From Pseudomonadota bacterium (lineage in GTDB: Bacteria > Desulfobacterota > Desulfovibrionia > Desulfovibrionales > Desulfovibrionaceae): a DNA stretch of 64,000 bases. The stretch is taken from contig JAFABC010000086.1 in assembly GCA_023426275.1 (NCBI GenBank), positions 7,806-71,805 of the forward strand. The letters run 5' to 3'. Under the pieces are notes generated by a model. That model was not told where the DNA came from, did no database searches, and worked only from the letters and a program-made list of their open reading frames with translations. The number at the start of each line of letters is the position of its first letter. Within the stretch, counting starts at the first letter, position 1. Position numbers and translations under genes: made by a program. This document shows, piece after piece, positions 43,252 through 53,907 of this stretch.

Positions 43252-45540
43252 ATGATACGGCTGACGGTCCTGGCCTGCATCGCGGCGTTCCTGTTCCCGG
43301 GCGCGGGAACAACGGCCCTGGCCGGGCCCGCCACTTCCCCCGCCTCTCCGGCCGCGACCGGGTCCTTCACGGGCTCCGCCAGTTGCCGCAGCTGCCATGA
43401 AAAATTCTACCGGCTGTGGTCCACGTCCTTCCACGGCCTGGCCATGCGCCCCTACGACGACGCCCTGGGGGCCTCGGCCGTAACGCCCCAGGCCGCGCCC
43501 ATCGTCATCGGCAAGGCCGCCTATCGGATGCGCCTGGGAGCCGGCCAGGGCTTTTTGGAGGAGCGCGTCGGCGACACGACCAGGACCTACCGCATCGCCC
43601 AGGTCCTCGGCGGCAAGAACGTCTTTTATTTCCTTACCCCGATGCAGGGGGGCCGCCTGCAAACCCTGCCCCTGGCCTATGACGTCCGCAAAAAGGAATG
43701 GTTCGACATGGCCGGCAGCGCCGTGCGCCATTTCCCGGGCGGGGCCAGCCCCACCATCGACTGGAAGGAGTGGCCCTACACCTTCAACACCGGCTGCTAC
43801 GGCTGCCACGTCAGCCAGCTTTCCACCAACTACGATCCCAAAACCAACACCTACCACACCACCTGGACCGAGCCCGGCATCAACTGCGAGACCTGCCACG
43901 GCCCCGGCCAGGCGCACATCGAGGTCTGTCAGGCGGCCCCCAAGGGCCAGCCGCCCAAGGACATGAAACTCATCCGGGGCGGTCGTTCCTTCACCCATGC
44001 CCAGCAAAACGACACCTGCGCCGGTTGCCACGCCAAGGCCGTGCCCCTGACGGCTTCCTTCAAGCCCGGGGACCGCTTTTTCGACCACTACGACCTCGTC
44101 ACCTACGAGAGCCCGGATTTCCATCCCGACGGCCGCGACCTCGGCGAAAACTACACGCTCACCTCCTGGTCGCGCAGCCCCTGCGTGCGCTCCGGCCGGC
44201 TCGACTGCATGCACTGCCACACGTCGAGCGGCCGCTACAAATTCGCCGACCCGGCCAAGGCCAACGACGCCTGCAATCCCTGCCACGCCGCCCGGGTGGC
44301 CGACGCGTCGCGCCACACCCACCATCCCGAGGGCAGCCCGGGCAATCGCTGCATCTCCTGCCACATGCCCATGACCGAGTTCGCCCGCATGCGGCGCAGC
44401 GACCATTCCATGCTGCCGCCGACACCGGCCGCGACCACGGCCTTCGGCTCACCCAACGCCTGCACCATCTGCCACAAGGACAAGGATGCGGCCTGGGCCG
44501 ACGGCTGGGTGCGCCGCTGGCATCCCGACGACTATCAGGCCCCGGTCCTGCAACGGGCCGCCCTGATCGAGGCCGCCCGGCGCGGTGACTGGACCAGACT
44601 CCCGGCCATGCTCGACGCGATCGGCGACGACACGACGGACGCGGTCATGACGGCCTCGCTGATCCGGCTGCTGCGCCACTGTCCCGACCCGGGCAAATGG
44701 GAGCCGCTGCTGGCCGCGACCGCATCGCCCTCGCCCCTGGTGCGGGCGGCGGCGGCCGAAGCCCTGGGAGACGCGCCGACACAGAAAAACGTCGCCGCCC
44801 TGGCCGCGCTCGCGGCGGACGACATCCGGCTGGTGCGGGTCCGGGCGGCGGCGGCCCTGGCCAGCGTCCCGCGACAGGCCATCGCCCCCGAGCGACTGGC
44901 CAGGGTGGAACGGGCCACGGAAGAATATCTGGCCTCTCTCGACACCCGGCCCGATTTGTGGACCTCGCAGTACAACAGAGGGAATTACTTTCTCGGGCAG
45001 GGCGACGCCGCCCAGGCCGTCGCCTGCTTTGAAAAAGCGCACAAGCTGGACCCGTCCGCCGTGCCGCCCCTGGTCAATCTGGCCATCGCCAGCAGCCAGT
45101 CGGGAGATGCGGACAAGGCCGAGGCGGCCCTCCGGGAAGCCCTGCGTCTGGCCCCGGACGACGCCCCGGCCCACTGCAATCTGGCCCTGCTGCTGGCCGA
45201 GCGAAACGACCCGGCGGGCGCGGAAAAACACCTGCGCGCCGCCCTCAAAGCCGATCCGGCCATGGCCGAGGCCGCCTACAACCTGGGCATCCTCCTGGCC
45301 CGGCAGGATCCCCGGGAATCGCTGGGCTGGAGCCGCAAAGCCCATGAACTGCGCCCGGACAACCCGCGTTACGCCTATTTCTACGCCCTCGCGCTCCAGC
45401 AGTCCGGAAACGCGCTCCAGGCGCTCGGGGTGTTGCGCCCGGTGGCCCAAAGCCGGCCCGACGACCAACAGATCGCGGCCTTATACCAGCATATCGTGAA
45501 GAGCATGGCGACCGACGGCGCGGTCGCGGCGGGACAATAG
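43252..45540 (+). CDS. Octaheme c-type cytochrome with C-terminal HEAT and TPR repeats
   Basis: Signal peptide; 8 CxxCH (CRSCH, CYGCH, CETCH, CAGCH, CMHCH, CNPCH, CISCH, CTICH); PLVRAAAAEAL HEAT; TPR repeats. Confidence 0.88.
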   Translation: MIRLTVLACIAAFLFPGAGTTALAGPATSPASPAATGSFTGSASCRSCHEKFYRLWSTSFHGLAMRPYDDALGASAVTPQAAPIVIGKAAYRMRLGAGQGFLEERVGDTTRTYRIAQVLGGKNVFYFLTPMQGGRLQTLPLAYDVRKKEWFDMAGSAVRHFPGGASPTIDWKEWPYTFNTGCYGCHVSQLSTNYDPKTNTYHTTWTEPGINCETCHGPGQAHIEVCQAAPKGQPPKDMKLIRGGRSFTHAQQNDTCAGCHAKAVPLTASFKPGDRFFDHYDLVTYESPDFHPDGRDLGENYTLTSWSRSPCVRSGRLDCMHCHTSSGRYKFADPAKANDACNPCHAARVADASRHTHHPEGSPGNRCISCHMPMTEFARMRRSDHSMLPPTPAATTAFGSPNACTICHKDKDAAWADGWVRRWHPDDYQAPVLQRAALIEAARRGDWTRLPAMLDAIGDDTTDAVMTASLIRLLRHCPDPGKWEPLLAATASPSPLVRAAAAEALGDAPTQKNVAALAALAADDIRLVRVRAAAALASVPRQAIAPERLARVERATEEYLASLDTRPDLWTSQYNRGNYFLGQGDAAQAVACFEKAHKLDPSAVPPLVNLAIASSQSGDADKAEAALREALRLAPDDAPAHCNLALLLAERNDPAGAEKHLRAALKADPAMAEAAYNLGILLARQDPRESLGWSRKAHELRPDNPRYAYFYALALQQSGNALQALGVLRPVAQSRPDDQQIAALYQHIVKSMATDGAVAAGQ

Positions 45541-45676
45541 GTCAAGAAAACCACGCCGCCTCCCGGCGGGGAGCGACGGCCCGGACCACAAAATGCCACG
45601 GCCACGGCGACCGGTCCCGCAAGGGGAACCGGCCGCCGTGGCCGTGTCGTTTGGCGCCCGCCCGGAGCCGGGCGCG

Positions 45677-45880
45677 TCAGGCCCTGGAGGCAACCTGCAC
45701 GCGCGCCCTGTATTTCCGCTCCGCTTCCAGCGCCTGTTCCGTGAAAATCCTGTTGTCGAAGCGTTCGCTTAAAGACGATTCTATTTTCGACAGCGGCCGG
45801 TCAATGTTCCGGGTATAACCGGAGCCGATGTTCATGGCCAAAACAAGGGACAACACCGTGATTGCGATATTCTTCCGCAT
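45677..45880 (-). CDS. Small hypothetical exported protein
   Basis: MRKNIAITVLSLVLAMNIG signal-like N-terminus; 67 aa. Confidence 0.4.
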   Translation of the reverse strand: MRKNIAITVLSLVLAMNIGSGYTRNIDRPLSKIESSLSERFDNRIFTEQALEAERKYRARVQVASRA

Positions 45881-46068
45881 AGTCTGGGCCCCCGGTGGGG
45901 AAAGGAGAAGAAGCGGGCTTTTCCACGGTGCGGATATACGGACCTGCGGGCTGGTTGTCAGCATAACGATTTGTCATCTTCACGGACACGGACAGGGGCG
46001 GCCGGTCCCCCTGCTCCGGCAAGCGGCCTGCCCCTCTGGCCGCGTCGCGCCGCGGCCGTGCCGGGGCC

Positions 46069-46887
46069 TTACCGGAAAAAATCGAGCAGCAGGGCATTGA
46101 CCGTATCGGGCGCGTCGAGTTGCAGCCAATGGCTCGCGCCCGAAATCCGTTCGTAGCGCCAGGGGCCGGCGAGAAAGCGCCGCGAGTCGACCATCTGGCT
46201 TTCCACCAAAAACCTGTCCCCGTCGCTCCACAGGCCCATGACCGGCACGGTCAGGACGGGCCAGGACCTCGGCCGCAACAGCAGCCCGAAATTCGCCCGG
46301 TAGTAGTTCGCCCCGGCCGTCAGACGGCCGGGACGGGAGAGCGCGGCCTTCCAGCGGGCAAACTCGCCGGGAAAACGCGTCAGGAGGCGAAACAGGAACC
46401 AATCGCGGCAGGTGACGAGGTATTCCGCCACACCGGGCAGTTGCAGCAGGAAGATGTAATGCCCTTTGAGCTTTTGGGCCAGGCCGGCCGAGGCATAGGC
46501 GGCCGGATGTCCGACCGAGAGCGCGGCGAACCGATCGATGCGCCCGGGATGTCGCAGACACAGCTGCCAGCCGATGATGGCCCCCCAATCATGTCCGACC
46601 AGACGCACCGGGCCACAGTCCAGGGCATCGAGCAGGCCGACGGCGTCGGCGACCAGATGCTCCATGCGGTAATCGGCCACGTCGCCGGGCATCGACGTCT
46701 GGCCGCAGCCCCGGGTGTCCGGGGCGATCACCCGGTAGCCGGCGGCCACCAGGGCGGGAATCTGCCTGCGCCATACGGTCCGGCTATCCGGAAACCCATG
46801 GAGCAGCAAAACATCGGGGCCCTGCCCCGCGACCATGACGGAGACGTCCAGGCCGTTGACGCGGTGGCGTTGCACAGTGCCTTCCAT
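46069..46887 (-). CDS. Alpha/beta hydrolase (epoxide hydrolase-like)
   Basis: LLHGFPD, GHDWGA nucleophile elbow, SHWLQ catalytic His; GGAG RBS. Confidence 0.9.
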   Translation of the reverse strand: MEGTVQRHRVNGLDVSVMVAGQGPDVLLLHGFPDSRTVWRRQIPALVAAGYRVIAPDTRGCGQTSMPGDVADYRMEHLVADAVGLLDALDCGPVRLVGHDWGAIIGWQLCLRHPGRIDRFAALSVGHPAAYASAGLAQKLKGHYIFLLQLPGVAEYLVTCRDWFLFRLLTRFPGEFARWKAALSRPGRLTAGANYYRANFGLLLRPRSWPVLTVPVMGLWSDGDRFLVESQMVDSRRFLAGPWRYERISGASHWLQLDAPDTVNALLLDFFR

Positions 46888-47111
46888 TGACACGCTCCTC
46901 CGGCGTTTCCGTGGCCGACCGGCTTGCACGGTCGTGGGGCTTGGGCGACGAGGACGGCAAGGCGGCCGGGCCGCACGGGTCGGATCGTCCCCCCCCCGGT
47001 TGCACGCACAAGGCCGCAGGCGCCCGGGCGGCTGCGGCCTTGTGCGAAACGATATCGCGATTCCCGCGTTTTGCAAGGAAACGGGTCGCTCCCGGTCTTT
47101 GACCGGCAGCG

Positions 47112-49319
47112 TTACGGCAACAACAGAAGCTTGTAGATCGCCGGCACCAGGGTGCTTCCGGACGGGCCCTGGGCCGTTTGGTACAAGCCGACATCAGGGA
47201 CGGTCCCCGCCGCCACCGTGGTGCCGCCGTAGTCGATCATGGTCGTGGCATACGGCAGGCCGGCCCCCAGCAGGGGCGAGCCGCTTTGGGGCACATAATT
47301 GGCCACATCGGGCCATGCCGCCGAACGGACATACGTCAGGCCGCCGTCGGAACTCGCGCCGTTGGCGCTGATGTAGTCCATGATCTGGCCCAGGGTGACG
47401 ACCTCGACGTCCGGGTCCGAGGCGATGATGGCCAACAGCGTCTGCCACTGGGCAAAGGTGAATTCCCCACTCAGGTTATGGCTGAAGAGCGAGATGGCCC
47501 CGCCGGTGAACTTGAGCCATTCGAGCACGGCCGAAACCTGCTCGCGAAGCTCCTGTTCGGTCCAGGTCGTGCCGAAAATCAGGCTCGGTTCGGTGCACAG
47601 GATGTCCAGGACGCCATAGCCCCCCGGCGCGCCCATGGCGAAAGAGCCGTTGGCGTCGGAGCGGGCCACGCGGTAGCCGGCGGCGCGGGCCGCGGTGATG
47701 GACCAGACATTGTTGCCTTCGTAGGGATAGACAAAGGCGTCGCAGGTGTAGGCGCCGCCCAAGGGATCCGTCAGGTTGGCTTCGATGGTCTGCTTCGAGG
47801 CGGTCAGTTCGTCGGCCGCGACAGCGTCCGAATCCACGGACACCGTGACGTCCGCGGTCTTGATGTCGGCGTTGGCGACGGCGGCCGCGTCCTGGGACAG
47901 CCACCGGCCGCTGTCGTAGCTCGAGCCCGAGAGGGTCGTCAGGGTAAAGGTGTAGCTCTCGGACTTCGCGTCGAACACGGCCTTCACGTCCGCGATGGTC
48001 GGGTAGTCCCCTTCCGAGGACAGGGGAAGGGAGACGTCGGCCCCGCTGTCCCCGGTCACGGTCACCGTCAGCACGGGCGGGGTTACGGTCCGGTCGATGG
48101 TGAGCCGGGCGTCGCTGCCTGTCGAGCCGATATAGCGCAGGGTGAAAAGCACCGGCAGCCCCTCGGGATCGCCGACGGGACCGGCCAGATAGACATGGTG
48201 CGCGGTGTGGCTGGCCACCTCATGGCCGTTGTTCACGTGACGTTGCAAAACGAGCCAGTCGGCCGCCGTGGCCACGGCCGTATTGAGCGCCAGGGTGGTC
48301 TTGAAGCCGTACTTGTCGCATTCGGTCGCCACCTGATCCCAGAAGTCGATGCTTGCCTCGTCATCGATGCCGATATTGAGGAGGGCCTTGCGCCGGCCAT
48401 GGGTCAGCAGGGGCGAGCCCGAAAGCGGCGCGACCACTTCGGTGACGTTGATGTACTTCGGGCTGTTCAGGTAGTAGGGCGTGCGGGCCTGCACCAGACT
48501 GTGGGTCACGACCACGTTCACGGCCGGGTTGGCGTTTTCCAGGATGGCGTCGGCTTTGACGCCGTTGGCCAGGACCAGACAATTGGTCCAGAAGACGCCT
48601 TCGGGAAAGGCGGCGACCTCCGGAAGGTAGAGAACGGAGCCGTTGAATCCGGCCAGCAGGCAGTTGTTGAAATCGAGCTTCCCGGCCGAAACGGCGTTGA
48701 TGTAGCCGTAGCCCGCGTCCGCGATGAGGCAGTACGAAAAGGTCACGGCGTCGGTCACGGCGTTGACGGCGATGATATTGGTGGCCGGGCCTTCGGGGCT
48801 CACCCGGGCGCCCTGGATCGTACATCTGGTGAAGGAGGCGCCCCCGGTCTTGATGTTGAGCAGCCGCTGCCCCGGCCCGATGATGCACTGGTCAAAGGTG
48901 GGCGAGGAGGCGTCCTCGATCCAGATCACGTAGTAGCTCGCATTGGTGTTGAGCGACCCGTCGAAGGTGATGCGCCGCCACGTGGTCTGGTGGTTGACGG
49001 CCAGGACGTTCTCGTTGGCATCGCCCAGAACCGTCACCGGATCGTTGTGTCCGGCGGCCGTACTCCCCTGGATGACGACACCGGCGCTCTTCGACGTCAG
49101 GCTCCCGGCATAGGTGCCGCCTCCAATTTCGACGACATCCCCGGTTCCGGCCGTGTTCAACGCGGCCTGCACCGTCCTGAAGGCGGTGGCCCAGGACAAA
49201 CCATCGGTGTCCGAACCATTGAGATCCACATAGTACGTTGTTGCGGCTGCCTGGTTTACCAGTCCAAGAATCAAACAAAGTTCCACAATTGCCATAAAAA
49301 AATGCTGGAAATATTTCAT
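47112..49319 (-). CDS. Secreted beta-helix + split polysaccharide-deacetylase-like protein
   Basis: Signal peptide, YYVD...DGLSWATAFRTVQAA beta-helix cap, IDD, HEVASHTAHH, FVYPY, FSH motifs; C-terminal VPAIYKLLLLP. Confidence 0.78.
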   Translation of the reverse strand: MKYFQHFFMAIVELCLILGLVNQAAATTYYVDLNGSDTDGLSWATAFRTVQAALNTAGTGDVVEIGGGTYAGSLTSKSAGVVIQGSTAAGHNDPVTVLGDANENVLAVNHQTTWRRITFDGSLNTNASYYVIWIEDASSPTFDQCIIGPGQRLLNIKTGGASFTRCTIQGARVSPEGPATNIIAVNAVTDAVTFSYCLIADAGYGYINAVSAGKLDFNNCLLAGFNGSVLYLPEVAAFPEGVFWTNCLVLANGVKADAILENANPAVNVVVTHSLVQARTPYYLNSPKYINVTEVVAPLSGSPLLTHGRRKALLNIGIDDEASIDFWDQVATECDKYGFKTTLALNTAVATAADWLVLQRHVNNGHEVASHTAHHVYLAGPVGDPEGLPVLFTLRYIGSTGSDARLTIDRTVTPPVLTVTVTGDSGADVSLPLSSEGDYPTIADVKAVFDAKSESYTFTLTTLSGSSYDSGRWLSQDAAAVANADIKTADVTVSVDSDAVAADELTASKQTIEANLTDPLGGAYTCDAFVYPYEGNNVWSITAARAAGYRVARSDANGSFAMGAPGGYGVLDILCTEPSLIFGTTWTEQELREQVSAVLEWLKFTGGAISLFSHNLSGEFTFAQWQTLLAIIASDPDVEVVTLGQIMDYISANGASSDGGLTYVRSAAWPDVANYVPQSGSPLLGAGLPYATTMIDYGGTTVAAGTVPDVGLYQTAQGPSGSTLVPAIYKLLLLP

Positions 49320-49878
49320 GTCTTCTCCCTGGTTCGATACAGGATCGATACGAATACAATTTGAAAACATGCACTATTCATTGATAAACCCATGAAAATT
49401 CCCAAGAGGACACTGCCGACGGGCCGAGGCTCTTTCCCTATAGCACTAAAAAATTTTTATAGGAATCGATAAAAGCGGATGTGAAGAATATCCCGACAAT
49501 TTGCTGGCGGCGTGAAAGGATGGCCAGGAGGAATGTCGCACGCAACTAAAAGAAAGACTTGCACTATTTCATGTTGTTGCGTTTTGAAAGAATGCAGATG
49601 GCCGTCCGAAACGACACATACCCGGCGCGTTGCGTGCAAGCATCGTGAAAGTTGCAATCGAAACTTTCAACGATAAAGGCTCAGATGCCCACGATTTTTT
49701 TGTAAGGAGCAGCCGGCCCGATCAGGACGATCAGGCCACGGCCGAAGACGGGGAGGATGCCCCGACGCCGCGACATCCCCTTTTTTCGAGGGCGCAACGA
49801 TCCCGGGCAATCACAACGGCTGGGGAGGCGGCCTGCTCCAACGCTTCCCGGCCGCCTCCTCGGAAGGACGCCAGGGGA

Positions 49879-50400
49879 TCACCGGCGCGCCCAGGCCCTG
49901 GCGCACCGCGCCTGCCCGTTTTCGCTCATGGCCACCGCCTGCCCGGGGAGCCAGCCGTCATGGCTTTTCCCCTTGGCGTCCACGAAGCGGACCCGCAGCC
50001 AGGCGCCGTGCATATCCAGCACGCGCACGGGCGCGCCGGCCGGAAGCCTGTCCACGCACGGGCTGTCGTTTCGGGGACTCCGGCAGAGAGCGGGAGCGCC
50101 ATCCTCGGTGGCCGTGGCACAGGTGCCAAGCACGCTGCCATGCACCCAACCTGTGGTGTCGCCCAGAGCGACCGTGAACCAGCCGCCGGCCTGCCCGGTG
50201 ATCCGCACCAGACGCGGACTGTTGCCGGCCTTAAAAGGAATGACCCTGACGACCCGGCCGGCCGGCGTCTCGCGGACATTTTCCGCTTCGAGGACAGGGA
50301 GAATGCCGCAAGGACGCGGGAGGGGCTGGCCGGGGTGGAAACACGCTCCAGGCGGAAAAGCCGGGGACAGGATTTCGATTTCGTCCTTTCCCGGGACGGA
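49879..50400 (-). CDS. Tandem bacterial SH3-domain protein; start uncertain, possibly frameshifted
   Basis: NVRETP...GWFTV...GWVHGS and LCRSP...V.VL...GAWLRV...GWLP SH3b patterns; no convincing in-frame start. Confidence 0.6.
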   Translation of the reverse strand, partial: SVPGKDEIEILSPAFPPGACFHPGQPLPRPCGILPVLEAENVRETPAGRVVRVIPFKAGNSPRLVRITGQAGGWFTVALGDTTGWVHGSVLGTCATATEDGAPALCRSPRNDSPCVDRLPAGAPVRVLDMHGAWLRVRFVDAKGKSHDGWLPGQAVAMSENGQARCARAWARR

Positions 50401-50559
50401 CGCACCATGACCGTCAGCATCCGGAAAAGGGCGCGAACCGTCAGGCCGGCGATGCGCAGCGGGCGGGGACCTACACCCGCCTGGACTGCCTGGAATACAA
50501 GGACGGCCGTTTGCGGCTGCGTCGGACCGGCAGGCCCCTGCCCGAGGGGATGGCCCCCC

Positions 50560-51245
50560 TCTCGCCCGTGGCCACTCCAGGCTGCGCTTCGCGGCCATCA
50601 GCCCCACCGCCGTCAAGGAGCACAACCTCCCCCTGCGCCCGGGCCTCTATCTGGTGACCGCCGACGGGCGGGTCCGCTTTTTCGAAGGATACATCCCAAA
50701 CGCGCCGCAGGGCGGTTCGCCCGAGTATTTCGGCGACATGACCGACGCCGTCTCGCTTTCACCGGACAAGGAGGTCCTGGCCATCGGCTCGTTCCCGGCT
50801 CTCAACGGGAACTGGTGGTTTTTCTCCTGGCCGGACTCCAAGCCCCTTGCCCACCCCCGGCTCGACGCCCTCCAAAGCGACACGCCCGCCCTCTTCCGGG
50901 GCGGCAGGAGACTGGTTGTCGTCGATGTCATGGACGTGGGGGGAGGCGGGCGGCCCTGCGAATACGACCCCCTGCGGTCCGGTCTCGGTCGTGGCGTACG
51001 ACCTGCAGTCGGGCGAAGCCACCCGGCTTTTTCCGGGCACGGCCCAATGCGACTACCGGGTCACATCCGTGGGAAACGGCACGGTCACGGCGGCCAGGCG
51101 CTGCCTGCCGACCGCCGGGGCCTGGGCGCATTTCCCGGAGGACGTTCCCCTGGAAACCGTCACCGCCCCCCTGCCTTCCCCCGAAACGTCCCCGGCCGTT
51201 TCGGCCTCCTCGTGCCGGGAACGGGTGACGACCAGATCGGTGTAG
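50560..51245 (+). pseudogene. Fragmented hypothetical (beta-propeller-like) gene
   Basis: Protein-like reading (VSLSPDKEVLAIG...) shifts frame near 50990 into VVAYDLQSGEATRL; no clear start. Confidence 0.4.
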
Positions 51246-53050
51246 AGCAGCAGGGACTGGCCCGGCGCAAGGCGCAGGCTGAACGTGGAATAGTGCTGCC
51301 CGTCGCGCACGCCGAGGACCAGTTCGCCGGGCCAGGACAGGGGCCGGGAAGCGACTGGTGAAAACCCCTCCCCTTCCGGCCGGGGGCCGGGAAGCGGCGG
51401 CGGATGCCCGGCGCTGGCCCAGGCAAATGTCCCGTCCCGGTCCAGGATGCCCACGAGCATGGTCACGAACATGGAGGAATTGTCCCGGCGCAGCAGGGCG
51501 CTGTTGAGGCGGGCCAGCGTTTCGGCGGGAGAAAGTCCGGCCAGCAGAAAGGCCCGGGCCAGGGACATGGCCCGGCTCATGATGAGGGCGGCGGGAACGC
51601 CCTTGCCGCACACGTCGCCCATGACGCAGCAGATGCGGGAGGGATCGCCGGGATCGGGCACGAAACAGTCGTGCAGATCGTCGCAGACCTCGCGGCACAT
51701 GTCGAGGCTGGCGTGGACGGCGGCCCAGGGCAGGCGGGGAAACACGGCGGGCAGCATGGATTTCTGGATGTTGCGGGCCAGCTCCAATTCGTTTTGCATG
51801 CGCTGCTGGGCCGCCGCGCTGTTGACGAGATTGCGGAAAGAGGCCTGCACGGTCACCTGCACGCGCTCGAACGTGGCGAGCATCCGGCCGATCTCGTCGG
51901 CGAAACGCGCCTTGGGCACGGCGCGTCCATATCCCCCTGCCCGAAGCGTTCCAGGGAGGATGCCAGATCGTGCAGGGGACGCAGGGTGCGCGAGGTGACG
52001 CACCAGGTCACGCACCCGATGCAAAGCGGTCCCAAAACGGCCATGAGAAAAAACGCCAGGGGCTGTTCCTGGGGCGCATCGCCGAGTTCCTCGCTGGAAA
52101 CGAGCAGGGCGAGAAACCAGCCCGGCGTGCGCATGGGAGCGTAGGCCAGGGAGGTGGGACCGCTCCAGGGCAGGGGCCAGGGCGTGGCGTCCCCGTGCAG
52201 GACCGGCCGCAGCTGGACCAGACCTTTTCCCCGGCCAGCAGTTTTTTCTCCACGTCCAGCAGCGCCGGCGCCTGGAATTGCCGCGCCTCGTCGCCAAGGC
52301 TCTGCGGTCCGTGTCCGAGACGTCGGCCCACGGGAAAGATGATGTAGCGCCCGGCATGATCGAGAAAAAAGGGAACCGCGTGTTGGAATCCGGCCAGGGC
52401 GTGCAGGGTCCTGGCGATCCAGGGCATGGTGATGACCGTGCCGATCCAGCCGTCTTCCGGCCGGCCCGAGGGCGTCAGGGGCATGCCATAGATCATGGCC
52501 GCGTGGGGATCGTCCCTGGCAAAGGACAGAAAGAGGCCGCGCCAGCGGGGGTTCGTGCCGCCGGACGCGACCAGGGGCGTCAGATCCCGCGCCAGCGCTT
52601 CCGAACGCAGCACCCCGTCGCGCATACGGTACAGCCAGGTTTTCCCGCCATGGCCCGTCACGACGCCGATGACGGGAATCTCCGCCATCAGGGAGCGCAG
52701 CGCCGCGCCTTGCTCCAATTCCCGCATCAGGGCGTCCGCATCCATTGCCAGAGCCGCGATGTCGGGAAGCTGGCGGGCGTGCCGGGCAAGCGTTTCCACG
52801 GCGCCGCCCACGCGCGCGACGAACGTCGAGGAAATCACGGACTGGGTATGCAGGGCCTGCATGGCGCGGGTGGCGGCATTGGCCGTGCGCTCGTGCTCCA
52901 CTTCCAGGGAATAGAGGGCCATGGCCCCCCAGATGAGCACCACCGAACACAGCGTGAAGACGACGGTCTGGCGCAGGGCGAGATTGCCGAACCAAAGCCG
53001 GCGCAGCCGGTCCAGCCCGGTGCCCCGGCGCCTGGGGACCGCGCATCCGT
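51230..53050 (-). pseudogene. Frameshifted, C-terminally truncated sensor-HAMP-PP2C (SpoIIE/RsbU) phosphatase
   Basis: Pieces in three frames (52008-53108, 51853-53046, 51053-52357): TM-sensor-TM-HAMP, ARNIQKSMLP, degenerate VCDDLHD, GDVCGKG, SAGHPP; breaks after LLYTD. Confidence 0.82.
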
Positions 53051-53664
53051 CGCCCGCCTGCCGTCGAGCGGCAGATCGAGGCAAAGCTGGTTGCCGCCGC
53101 CGGTCCAATGGTACTCGGTCCGCGCGGTCAGCAGGCGCACCAGGGTGAGCCCGCGCCCGCCGACCGGGGTGTTGCGGATGTCCGTCACGGGCCGCGGCTC
53201 GTAGGCCAGGGGATTAAACGGTCGGCCGGTGTCGCGCAGCACGATGCGGACAAGGCCCGTTGGGGGGGCGACCCCGGCGTTGGCCGGCCGTTCACCGCCC
53301 CGGCCGTCTGCCCGGAGCCGGGAGCGTCCCGTTGCCCGTCCGCCGCCAGCAGTTCCAGCCGCAATTCCACCGTGCCCTCCCCGCCGGGGGCCTCCGCGTG
53401 CAGGCAGATGTTGGAAAGCAGCTCGTCCAGCACAAGGCGCAGCGACAGCCCGTCGTCGCGGGCCATGCCTGCCTGCGCCGCCCAGTCCTGAACAACGGCG
53501 AGAATGTCCTCCACGGTGTCCAGGCTGGCGTCGAAACGCAGGGACAGGGTGGGCCGCGACGCGGCGTCAGGGCCCGTCACCGTTCCCCTCCCCGCCTCGG
53601 TCCCGCCGTCCCGGGTGCGCCCCGCCCGAAACGCTTCACGCCGCCACGTCGCGTCCCGTGACAT
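53040..53664 (-). pseudogene. Frameshifted RsbW-like anti-sigma kinase
   Basis: LVLDELLSNICLHA in ORF 53185-53664; LRDTGRPFNP...GGRGLTLVR in a different frame (52835-53242). Confidence 0.78.
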
Positions 53665-53907
53665 TTCCTGCCGTGCCGACAGGTCTCACCTGCGCCACCC
53701 GGCGAACCCTTCGCACCGCCCGAACGCATTGCCCGGTTGCAGGGCATGCCCTTCGACAAAAAAACAGGCTGATGGCAAAATTCCGGGCAGCGGGACCGGC
53801 CGGTTGCGGCGGGAGGCCGGGGCACGGTGCCCGTCGCCGTTTCGGCCCGGGCCGGCACGGTCCGTGCAACCCGCGCAAGGACACCCTGCCGCCAAATGGA
53901 GGCCCTT

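Noticed and set aside
17296..49364. Long antisense ORFs (e.g. 17296-18999, 19161-20972, 25754-27997, 37826-39880, 41550-43370, 47178-49364)
   Set aside because: Shadow frames of GC3-rich genes on the opposite strand; no motifs of their own.
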